This document shows, in pieces, positions 1 to 10,514 of a stretch of DNA of 35,424 nt; the first letter of the stretch is position 1; the number at the start of each line of letters is the position of its first letter. The notes below the pieces were generated by a model. It did no database searches. It was not told the origin of the DNA and was given only the letters and a program-made list of their open reading frames with translations. The stretch comes from Octopus bimaculoides (taxonomy: Eukaryota): the NCBI RefSeq assembly GCF_001194135.2, contig NC_068995.1, positions 22,511,749 to 22,547,172 of the forward strand, given 5' to 3'. The position numbers were made by a program, and so were the translations under genes.

Positions 1-539
1 TATGTATGTGTATATTCGTGTGTATGTCTGTCTGTGTACTTTGATGTCTTCTAAGATAATACACTTCAGATGTAGTTTTTCCCCAAACACTTCAATCTGT
101 CTTTTAAGATATCTATCCAAGTCTGTTGTAATACGAGGATTAAAATTCATTCCTGAGAAATATCACTTGTTCCAAATCGGCAACAACCACAATTTTATCC
201 AAAGCATTTCGAAAATGAATGAGTTGCTAAACAATGGCGTATTAAACATTTCACATAATACACTTTCATCAAAAAGATATTCTTTTCTTAAGAACTAGAT
301 TGAGGAACTTGCCATGAACAAATTTTTACAATCTGCCTAATTTGGCCATGAATAAGCTGCATTATACTTCTGTAACGTAAGATGAATCTAGTAATGAAAT
401 TCGTAATAATATCCGTAGTATTGAAAACGACAATATATTTCTACAAGTGCTCTATATACCTGTTCATGCTGGGACTTAATATAATGGTTAAAAGATGAAC
501 TGACTTCGGTCGATATGCTGGCGAGAAACAAAATTTATT

Positions 540-650
540 TCAAAAAACAATGCGGGCTCGATAAAATATAGATCTGATCAGGTACTGGTGTTTTTATCCC
601 TGGCTAAATCCAATCGTTTTAATAATATCTGGTCTTGTGCTGAAATAAAA
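540..650 (+). mobile_element. Degenerate 3' half of the common short SINE (family A)
   Basis: GGGCTCGATAAAATA...GGTACTGG...CTGGTCTTGTGC matches the 3' half of the better-preserved copies at 3559 and 8043. Confidence 0.5.
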
Positions 651-664
651 AAAAACAACCAAAC

Positions 665-811
665 TATCAATAACACCATCACCTCCATCATTATCATCAT
701 CATTATCATCAACATCATCATCATCATCATCATCATCAACATCAACATCATCATCATCGTCATCATCAACATCGTCGTCATCGTCTTCATCATTATTATC
801 CTCATCATCAC

Positions 812-882
<71 letters not shown>
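665..882 (+). repeat. Compound (CAT)n/(ATC)n microsatellite
   Basis: Read directly; interrupted (CAC/CAA/CGT) on the left and pure on the right. Source of the poly-Met and poly-Ile ORFs. Confidence 0.98.
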
Positions 883-1099
883 ATTTTGCATTTGTTGATC
901 GGCTATATTTATTCCCCAACAATAATACCGCAAACATTTCTTCAAAGCATCCCTATTATCTCCCTAGTGTTTTAAAATATTTTACACAAATAAGATGTGA
1001 AATCTAAATAACGGTAAATATAGAACAAAAACAAGTAAAGAAGAGCGAAAAAATAACAATAATAAGAAATAAAATGAGAAAAAGAAATAAAAGTAGCCA

Positions 1100-1245
1100 A
1101 AATAATATATATAGATGTGTATATGTGTTCTGTGCGTGTGTGTTTGAGTGTATATGTATGTATGTATGTATACACATATATATATGTATATGNNNNNNNN
1201 NNTATATATATATATATATATATATACAGAGAGAGAGAGAGAGGA
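1100..1245. repeat. (TA)/(TATG)/(GA) compound microsatellite with a 10-N gap (1193-1202)
   Basis: Read directly. Confidence 0.95.
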
Positions 1246-3034
1246 AAAAAATCAGAAAGTAGTTCACTGAATTATTATTATAAAAGTGAGTAATATGAAA
1301 TGGAAAAAAAAAATGAAAACAGCTCATCATCAACAATAATAGCAGCAACAACAACAAAAATAACAATGCTAATCACTGACTATTGTAGATAAGATTTTAG
1401 TGAAAAAGAAAATAAAAGAAGTGTAGTTTCAGATAATGTGCTTTGTAAATGACTGAAAGTAGATTAACAATTCATTGTAGAAGAGATTCATCAACTTTTA
1501 TTTATTCTCATGTTTTTGATGTTGAACGGCAGTGGTTGCTGGGCAGCATGTGGAATGTATAAGTAAGTGTGTGTACGTGTATGTGTGTGAGTAACGAGTG
1601 AGTAAAAGAGAAACAGACATAGAGCGAATAAATGATAAGTAGGTAGAGGGAGAGAGATGCAAAGGAAATGTGGAGGAAGACAGTCACATATAGGAACAGA
1701 TGGAGTATAACTAGGGCTTCTTGCAGAAGCATCTATTGAAACCTAGTTTACGTGATGAAAGTCAATCTTTGAATCATTAATCAAAAGAAAGCAGACAATA
1801 ATATTGGCATCATATTTTTACAGTCATACTAAACAAATTTTACAAAGGCAATATGTGTTATAACGAGTTCCGTAAATAATTGCATACATCATTCATATAC
1901 GTCGACTCATTATGTGCTGTTCAATATGTAGTATTTTTATGTGTGTCTCACTCACTATCTTTATGAACATATAAGAATATATAAATATATATATACAGGG
2001 AACTGTAAATGTGTGTGAAATACACCTCCATATTTACATACACTTACATATGTCATTGCATGCATTTGGTGTAATTTCTAAACAGATATAAGTATATAAG
2101 ACTGCTTTCGTATTAATAAGAATACAGAAACTTAATAAGGGACAACACCTAGCTTTGACTTATAGATAATTGAAAATAGCTGAATTTGTCAAGTATTTTC
2201 TCACTTAGATTATTTGAATAATGATTGTCAGTCTCTAAGATAATTTGTTATGATGATGCTTCAAAAATATATTTCTAGAAAACTATCATTTATAAGCATA
2301 TAGCGCGTACATACATACATACATGCATACATACATGCATACTTAGAGACATACATACATACGTACATACATAAACGCATATATGTGCATTTGTATATGA
2401 ATATATATTTATACGTGTATATGTATATATATAATTAATATGTGGGATAAGTCGATGGGTGTATTTAAATGTTGAGTAGAGCAAAGGCATAGTATAAGTA
2501 CCTGCTGTCATCCGCATTCGTGGTATACTTCCAATGGATCTACTTCAGGAAGTCCGCAGTTTCAGTTAGGACAATAGCAGATGGGTCGAAACGAACGTTG
2601 TACAGAATAAAGTTTAATACAAAATCCATGTTCTCGTTAATTCATTGTGTGTCTGTGTGGGTGCGTGTGAACACAGAAATATATAAGATGTGTATGTGAA
2701 TATATTTATGTCTTGGTGAATAAGCATATATGAAACAAATATATGAAACAAATATATTAGTAATCATATATCTATGCATGCACATATACGCATACACTCG
2801 TGCACGCACACACACACATATAATACAAACTTTCGTAAATGCATAGATATACACGCATACATATTTATATGCATATATGCATCTATGTATTATGAACGTA
2901 TGTATGAATTTATGTATGTATGTATGTATGTATGTTTGTATGCAAGTTTGCATGCATGTATGCATATATATGTATGTATTTAAGAAAGTAGCAAGAAAGT
3001 TAACAATTGTCTTGTAATTTGGCCTTTTTGAAAG

Positions 3035-3140
3035 TAGCTTTTCATCTTTATTATTCTTCAGATAGTATTTGTGGTGTCAATATTATTGACTATCCCTCTC
3101 TTCACAAATGTCCGGCCTTGTGCCTATAATAAAATGGATT
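3035..3140 (+). mobile_element. Degenerate 3' part of family A SINE
   Basis: CTTTTCATC...GACTATCCCTCTC...CAAATGTCCGGCCTTGTGCCTATAATAAAATGGATTATT matches the family A tail. Confidence 0.6.
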
Positions 3141-3182
3141 ATTATCATTATTATTTTTATCATTGTTGTTATTATTATTATT

Positions 3183-3546
3183 GATTTGACTCAGGTTCGG
3201 TCTTATTTTTGGTAGGATGTATATGGATACCGGGTTACTACCTATACGCTTAGGTATCCATAACCTTTCAAGAGGCTTTCAAGTGCTAAGAACCCTCCTG
3301 ACAATCTTCCTTCCCCTAAGAAGCAAACTTTCTGTAGAAGCTCTACAAGGCATTCTATTCCAGTCTCCTTCAACTATTTATCTATATCTTTACTTACAGT
3401 TTCCAATGAACCAATCATTATAGGCACAGACTTCACAATTTTCATACTCTTAATTGATTGTATGCTTTTGGGTTTCGTCTTCTTCTTTACGATCACGGAA
3501 TCAAACGGACAAGATGGCTCAATTACTAAGCAACGTCGCTTATCCT
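3183..3546 (-). mobile_element. 5'-truncated R4/Dong-like non-LTR retrotransposon: restriction-like endonuclease C-terminus plus 3' UTR
   Basis: Minus-strand translation IIKDKRRCLVIEPSCPFDSVIVKK...MKIVKSVPIMIGSLETVSKDIDK*LKETGIECLVELLQKVCFLG[fs]GRIVRRVLST* resembles the R4-clade C-terminus (VIPIVIGALG...LQK..LLGTARILRRVL). (AAT)n lies on both sides. Confidence 0.75.
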
Positions 3547-3558
3547 TTATTATTATTG

Positions 3559-3745
3559 AGGCGGTTAGCGCACCGGCAAAATGCTTAGCAGTATTTCAAC
3601 CATTTTTACGTTATTTCAAATTCTACTATGGGTGAAATTGCTTTTCATCCTTTCGGGGTCGATTAAATAAGTACCAGTTACGCACTGGTGCTAATGTAAT
3701 CGACTTTATCCCTTCCTCAAATTTGGGCTTCCAGCAGAAAGGATT
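3559..3745 (+). mobile_element. Family A SINE, copy 1 of a tandem pair
   Basis: AGGCGGTTAGC...TTCAAATT...CTTTTCATCCTTTCGGGGTCGATTAAATAAGTACCAG...GTAATCGACT. The central block resembles the Meta-domain type of tRNA SINE (recalled, not verified). Confidence 0.85.
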
Positions 3746-3752
3746 ATTATTC

Positions 3753-3915
3753 AGGCGGTTAGCACGCCGGGCAAAATGCTTAGCTGCATTTCATTCATCT
3801 TTACGCTATTTCAAATTCCATTGTGTGTGAAATTGCTTTTCATCCATTCGGGGTCGATAAAATCAGTACTATTTCAGCTCTCGAATAGATGTAATCGACT
3901 TACTCCAGTTCTTGA
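3753..3915 (+). mobile_element. Family A SINE, copy 2 of a tandem pair
   Basis: Near-copy of 3559-3745 at a 194-bp period. Confidence 0.85.
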
Positions 3916-4259
3916 ACTTGCGAAATCATTTTCTTCAGAAGAGCAAATTATTTAAGACGCTGCTTCGATACCGCCCCTGTTTCTGAATGTTTTATTAATT
4001 ATATATTGTTCAAGTGACCTGAATAAATAAAAATCTGATGTTTATTCGCTTGTAAACTATTTGTGTCATATCGTCGGACAATTTCATTGAAAATGCGACA
4101 TTACTTTTCGGTACATTTCAAACATTAATTATTTCTGTCAGAAAGGGAGGAATTTCGATTATCCCCACGTGGTGAGTTGTAAAATATATAAGAAATTAAA
4201 GAAGGAAAATGCATACACTTTACATAATTTTCATATAATTTTTCATATATCTTATATTG

Positions 4260-5170
4260 TGTTTGTCGACCGGTTTCGCTATCGCTGACCATGACATTAA
4301 CATTTACCTAAATACGTATTTTCTTAAGCGCATCTTTTGACCATGTTGTGTGTGGCGTTTATGAATGAATGATTCAACGAGTAGAAAAATCTACGGGAAG
4401 GTAATTGGTTATCGTTACTATTGTGGACAGAGGAGATAATTGTTCAGTGGGTGGAATATATATATACACAAACAAATTCAAAAACTAGAGTGGTGGGGAG
4501 AAATATATAGAGTGATGGGTATGTAATCGTGAATGAAAATATGTATAGAGATCAAAGTTTGCTATGCGTGAATATTTTGACGTATTCTGTATTTTTCGAG
4601 GTATAAATTTTCTTTATTCAAAAGTTCTTGTAAAGAAGTATCTTTGCACATGTAGAAGGGGAAAACTGAAATTTGGTTTGATGTTACCTGCACATCTCCC
4701 TATGTGTTCACTTAAAGGAATCTGTCTGTATTGTGGAAATCGTATCTGCTCTTTATGTAGAGTGGTTCTCCGTCTCATTGACATAGTCGTCTGTTCTATA
4801 TTGTGATGTCCACATCCCAAGCAGGTTATTACATAAATTAGATTCTCCGAGGCACAAGTGAAGTTGGTGTTAATTGTGAACCTCTCTCGTTGTTTGAAAA
4901 GGAAATCCGAACCTTCAAGTAGGTTGGGGCATGTTCCACAGTTTGGAAGTTCACATTTTTTAACCGCTGGTTTCGTGGTTGATGTGTAAAGTTTTGAATT
5001 TGTTAATAGTCTCTTTAGCGATCTGTATTGCTTTTTGCATTTCATGAATTTATGTGCTTTCAGGATTCCGTTCATTTTTTAGATTTCTAGTTAGTAAAGG
5101 AAGATTTTGCACAACAGTGTTGTATGCCTCAGTGACCAAAAGTCACAAAGGTGTCAAAATATTCATTTAT
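4260..5170 (-). mobile_element. Penelope-like element 3' part: linker, GIY-YIG endonuclease pseudogene and terminal region
   Basis: ORF 4614-5075 contains KCELPNCGTCP...FTCASENLIYVITCLGCGHHNIEQT...RRRTTLHKEQI (Cys motif, degenerate GIY-YIG, RxxxH). After a frameshift it continues PFYMCKDTSLQELLNKENLYLEKY. A GAAAC-CG-GTC hammerhead-like remnant lies at 4268-4277. Confidence 0.85.
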
Positions 5171-5354
5171 GCTGTTTTAAATTTACGATCACTTTGTACT
5201 TCATACAGTATATATACACTTATATACACAGGAAATATTATATATGTACTTTAGGAGTGAAGAGTTAGATTTTGTGAATTAGAAATAAAAAAATGTAATT
5301 ACAACAAACTTATGAATCTTTTAGATCCCTCTATCTTTCGGGTCCCCCTGTAAA

Positions 5355-5366
5355 TGTGTGTGTGTG

Positions 5367-5446
<80 letters not shown>
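5355..5446. repeat. (TG)n microsatellite
   Basis: Read directly. Confidence 0.98.
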
Positions 5447-5448
<2 letters not shown>

Positions 5449-5474
5449 CTATTTAATATTAAACTGAAGGAAAT

Positions 5475-5660
5475 CGGGGAGTTGGTAGAATTGTTAGCAC
5501 GCTGGACAAAATGTTTAGCAGCACCTCCTGTGTCTTCACGTTCTGTTGATGTTGACTTTACCTTTCATCTTTTCCGAGTCTCTAAATTAAATATCGATCA
5601 AGTCGACTTGCCATCTCCACTGAAACTGCAGGCCTTGTGCCAAAGTTTAAAATTATTCAA
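5475..5660 (+). mobile_element. Family A SINE, diverged
   Basis: GAGTTGGTAGAATTGTTAGCAC...GTTGACTTTACCTTTCATCTTTTCCGAGTC...GCAGGCCTTGTGCCAAAG aligns to the 8043 copy. Confidence 0.8.
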
Positions 5661-6179
5661 TAATGTTTGGTATGGTTAGTATTATTTTACAAGGAAAATT
5701 TAACTTTTTTCCTAATAAAAATTTCCTAGTAAAAGTTTATACATGCATACGCACAGTCGACATTTTTGCTTCAAACATCAGTGGCTACGAAAATCATAGC
5801 AACTAACATTTTATATTGATTGAGCGACGAAAATTGTAAGGATTTAGACAATGTCCAAACAAAATGAAAAATCAAACCTAAGAAGGAGAATGCTATTTGT
5901 GATCAACAGCGCAAATTCGGTACTTCTGTTTGAGTGTGCGTGTGTGTTTTCACACGGAAACTTTATATTCATGTTAACCTATTTCATTTTCTGCGTATTA
6001 ATATTTTGATAATGTGTCAACTCCGAAGTAAAGAAGCAATATATGTTACATACATAAAGCAATTTATAAAACGACTTAGTTTTTGCACGTGAAAACAAAC
6101 TAATCTTCTAAATGTGTTCCTTAAAGTATTACTTAAAGAGAATCATTGTTACCTCATTTGAAATAGAATCAGTGAGTCT

Positions 6180-6520
6180 GATTTCGTGAAAATATATGGC
6201 TTTTTCAATGAAAATGGTTGTTGTGGAATATGTTGGAAAAATATTCATCCAGATGAAAGCAAAGCTGTACCAAAGGCTATCGCTATGTACATAATGAATG
6301 CTATTATTTTAAAGAGAGGAAGTGACATCAAACTGTGTGCGGATAATGAATTGAACAGATTTACAAGCTCTACCCAAGTCTGTATTATTTTTTAATGGGT
6401 TTGAAGAAAATATGCCACAGGCCAAATCTATATGCTGATTTAATGATATTAATTTCTCTGTTACTGCTTAGAAGGTAAATCACTTCCAAGTGAGGATCAA
6501 AAATAACAATTAGTTGGAGA
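6180..6520 (+). mobile_element. Possible highly decayed hAT/Charlie-type transposase fragment
   Basis: Scattered peptides across frames (KAVPKAIA, KLCADNE, LNRF..LY, YADL, FNDINFS) follow the order of Charlie-like transposase motifs. Weak and judged by eye. Confidence 0.25.
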
Positions 6521-7290
6521 TTCAATGAGTGAAGTATTCATTCGTGAGAAAGGAAACTCTCTTTAGAAACAGCTTGAGGCAACTGCATTTATTTGCAGTT
6601 TTGAAAGTAGAGCAAAGCCAGAAGAAATTGTAAACAGCATGGATTTACAAAAATAAATAAATAAATAGCATTCTGGTTAAGAAACCTAGCAAATTCACTG
6701 CAGAAAATAGAGCAAAAAATATAGTGCACTAATTCTTATTAGATTTTGAAGAACGTTAATTTACTTAACGGGCTTTAAATTGCAAGAAACCTAATGTTGA
6801 TTTGTTTTGAAATACGTCTAAAAAGAACAACATCATGCAGACTGAGACCAGATTGCTTTGATATGAGGTTAATCTTATTTTCTGTAAAAAAAAACTCAAG
6901 AGATTTGAAGGTGAAGCTTTTTAGCGAGTAATTAAGAAAATCTGATAGCTCTCAAAATATAAGTCAACTGGGCTCGCAACTTGAGCGTGTAAGTTTACCA
7001 GAAACGGTACGTTACCTCAGAAAATGTTTTTGATATCTCTTCTTTACGTGCAAAATACTGAAGCATGCCTGCCCGACCACATCGACTAAACATCTTCAAG
7101 GCTTATGAATCCATTCTCAGCTTCCAAATGCATCTCTTCATCTCCAGGCAGCAAATAACTAATTTAAAAAGGTGTATACAAGTTGGTTATTCAGCGTCTC
7201 ATTTAAAGTAACTTCGATGCTGATTTTACATCAGAAAATTTCAAATTACACATTTCACTGTATACGAAAGATATCGTTAACAATGTGGAT

Positions 7291-7457
7291 ACGTGTGTAT
7301 GTATGTATGTATGTATGTATGTATGTATGTATGCATGCATGCGTGCATGTATGTGTGTATGTATGTATGTATGTATGTATGTATGTATGTATGCATGCAT
7401 GCGTGCATGCATGTATGTGTGTATGTATGTATGTATGTATGTATCTGTCTATCTATA

Positions 7458-7500
<43 letters not shown>

Positions 7501-7555
7501 GCATGTATGTATGATTGTGTGTATGTATGTGTCTATGTGTGTGTGTATCTATGTA
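7291..7555. repeat. Compound (TATG)n/(TGCA)/(TATC)n microsatellite
   Basis: Read directly; source of the MYVC/HTYI ORFs. Confidence 0.97.
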
Positions 7556-7633
7556 TTAATGGGATACCGAATGGATAAGAAAATAATATTAATGTGAGAG
7601 CACGAGCGCACTTCGTGTAGTGAAACAATTCAT

Positions 7634-7900
7634 TGTACATTATTTACATTATTTACATTTGACGGATATTTGTCCTCATCTTGTTTGCTGTTAACACAAC
7701 GTTTCGGCTGATATACTCACACCGTTTCGGCTGATATACTCTCCAGCCTTTATCAGTGTGTCTTCGGGAAATTTCGAACCTGGGTATTTCCCCAAGACAA
7801 CTGATGAAGGCTGGAGGGTATATCAGCCGAAACGTTGTGTTAACAGCAAACAAGATGAGGACAAATATCCGTCTAATATAAATAATGTAAATAACGTACA
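7634..7900. mobile_element. Palindromic (foldback) element with opposed hammerhead-like cores, probably Penelope-like terminal repeats in inverted orientation
   Basis: The right arm (~7786-7900) is the near-perfect reverse complement of the left arm (7634-7772), apart from a 23-bp duplication in the left arm; central loop 7773-7785. Confidence 0.8.
7795..7841 (+). ncRNA. Minimal hammerhead-ribozyme-like motif; activity uncertain
   Basis: CTGATGA (7801-7807), extra A, stem II GGCTG/CAGCC, GAAAC (7829-7833), GTT. The ACGT palindrome could form helix III only in a dimer; stem I is imperfect. Confidence 0.5.
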
Positions 7901-8042
7901 TAATTCCTCATCTCTTAAATATAGAACCGTATCAAGTAATTGTAATTAAAAAGAATTGATTGTGAAATGTGTCAGTGAATGTGACTGATATTCGCAGAGC
8001 GGAGACAACTTTGAACATGCTTCAACGTTATTATACCTCACA

Positions 8043-8263
8043 AGGCGGTGAGCTTGCAGAATCGTTAGCACGCCGGGCAAGACGCTTAGCTGCATTTCGT
8101 CCGTCTTCATCACGTTCTGAGTTCAAATTCCGTTGAGGTCGACTTTGCTTTCATCCTTTCGAGGTTAATAAAATAAGTACCATTAAAGCGCTGGGATCGA
8201 TGTAATCGACTTACCCCTTCTCACAAATTTGCTGGTCTTGTAAAAATTTGAATCCAATATTGC
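8043..8263 (+). mobile_element. Family A SINE, best-preserved copy, with an 11-bp target-site duplication
   Basis: A-box-like TTGCAGAATCG and B-box-like GAGTTCAAATTCC (8119-8131); TATACCTCACA at both 8032-8042 and 8264-8274. Confidence 0.9.
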
Positions 8264-8779
8264 TATACCTCACAGAACGGTGAATCAAAACTTAATGGTA
8301 AGAGAAATATATATATATATAGCTTCTTCTTAAAAGGAATTCGGAGATGTGTAGTAAAATTAAGTGTCGAATATGTTCACAAGGTAGAACTCAAGAAAGC
8401 CTCGAGTTCCACAAGGGGAATATACATACAACGGCGCCCGAGAGCATAAAGGAGAACACGCCAATCAAACGGACCCAAAGATAACAACCTGAACCAGTAA
8501 ATGAACTATTAGACCATCCAAGTGAACAGCATTTTTGGAAAACATTTACAGATTCAAAAGTAGCTTCTCCATCAGAAAGGATCCGATTGCTTAACTTGTC
8601 ATAAAAAGGATAACATTTCATTAGTTACAACGATATTAAGAAAGAATAATCATTGATTTCATGCGTTCATAATCTTCTTATTACATCAACGGAGCCAAAG
8701 ATGAAATTCAAATTCAAGGATCTTTGTCTAATAGAAATGAAAAAAAGTATTATGAAGAGTGAGATTTAATTCAGTATTA

Positions 8780-9760
8780 AGCCCAAAAGATATTAATTCG
8801 GTTTCGGATGGTCTGAAACCTGAACATGTAAATTTTCTGAAGGAGTATAGACACCTAAATAGTACAGAACTGGCGTGATTAATCAATTTTGTATTATTTT
8901 CATCGGCGTGGAGTGTGGGACACTCTTCCGTATTAAGATTAAGAAGCTCTTCAAATTTTCGGCAAATAACAGTTACAAAGCCTAATCAATATAGGAGAGA
9001 AGTATACCAGGATTGTAAGTCGCCTTGAACAGTCAGACTGATTACCAGCTCATCAGGAAAATATAAACTGGTAGAGGGGCCCTGTATATATTGTGTATAG
9101 ATTTTAACTAACGCGGCAGTTATAATCAGGTTGACGTTCCCTTGAGGGGCACTATGTTCCCCACAAGTTTCATAGTTCGTCATCAATTATTGCAGCTTTT
9201 TTTCTGTTTGAGCGTTTCTTCTGACTAACTGATCTCTGATTGGTGCCGGCAAGAAACGGAGTCAATTGTCGGGTGCAATATACCAGTGTCCCTCTTTGCA
9301 ACTAAAATTAACATTTTGTTCAGAATATCAAACGAGTGCTGATGTTTTCTTAGCAAATTAGTTATAACGCAATCATCCATCAGGGCTTCCTTATGCGATC
9401 TTACAGTGACAATAATGCTAGTGTATTGAGCCAAGTTGATCATCCAGAAATTAGAGAATTCCGTTGCGTGGAAGCAAATGAGTTTCAAACCTGCAAAGAC
9501 CTGTTGTTTTCTTTTTTTTTTATTTAAAAAAAAGTTTCGTTCAGGCTGGTTGTGTTTTAAGATAGGAAACGAGCAAAGTTCACAACAACAACAAATTTGA
9601 TGAAACCTAACGTACGTCGCAGAGTGAATGCTGTAGACAACTATAGTTATCAGAATGATTCAACGCTTGGGTGTACCTACAAAGGATGCCTCTATTAAAC
9701 CTCTGGTGTCTGCTTGTCTATGATGTTCTTTGATGACATAGGAGGGCATGGATTGCATAA
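8780..9760 (+). mobile_element. Ancient CRE-like non-LTR reverse-transcriptase remnant
   Basis: Motifs in the expected order across frameshifts: DGLKPEH (8807), KP[fs]INIGEKYTRIVSR (~8978-9023; cf. RPIAIGE..RR.VSK), KL..NA..SIR (~9355-9385), GV...IKPLVS (9670-9710), FFDD (~9726). Confidence 0.4.
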
Positions 9761-10514
9761 TGAGCGGAAATATTTAGTTGAACACCAGTGATATAAAAAC
9801 ATCTGATAAATGCATTTCAGTGAAACAGAGGGGAAATGTACATTTCGATTTATCATGGCTAACAGGAAGAAGAGGCGAAAGCAGGTACAGGAGTTTTTGT
9901 AAGAACAGCAGTGTAAAATAGGGCAAGTAGAACGGCGGCAATGTACGTACAGCGTACCTAGATGAATGAGGAATAGGCGGTAGAGAGGAATGTCACACGG
10001 CTGGACATCTGGAAATTGAAATTGCTGAGGATGAAATTCTTGATACAGGGATGTATGGTTTACTCGCATCTGATCTACTTTTGTGGGCATACAGATAATA
10101 CCCGCATGCTCGAAACTCCTAAGCTCAGGTTCCAAAGTACTGCGTGAAGGACTTTATCGCTGACGACCCGATCGTGTACAAGAAAAAAGCATGACTGATG
10201 CAATAAGTAATGGGCCCAATGACAACAGAAATGCTCACTCTACAGCTAAAAAGATATCTTTCTTTTTCTGCTTTTGAGGAAGTAGATCCACCGAAGAAAA
10301 ACTCCATAATATTTCTGATTCTTCACTTTCCATGACGTGTGTATATGTGAGAAGTTGACCAAGAAAAACAGATATTATTTCTACTATAAACACCCAGACC
10401 GCTCTTAGATTAGATATCTTTGTTTCAATGCCAACAACATAGTCAATCCTATTGGGATTAAGTGTCTCAGGAGGAGAAGCAGATCATATTCTAAGTATGG
10501 CAACGGACACCCCG

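Noticed and set aside
578-1007. Poly-Met and poly-Ile ORFs
   Set aside because: They are translations of the (CAT)n microsatellite.
2510-2612. GATGGGTCGAAACGAACGTTG...AATAAAG, resembling a Penelope-type terminus
   Set aside because: No CTGANGA box and no paired stem II; too decayed to call.
7172-7597. Overlapping MYVC/HTYI ORFs here and similar ones at 2290-2983, 15436-16396 and 23406-24122
   Set aside because: They are (TATG)n/(TA)n translations with no protein-like composition.
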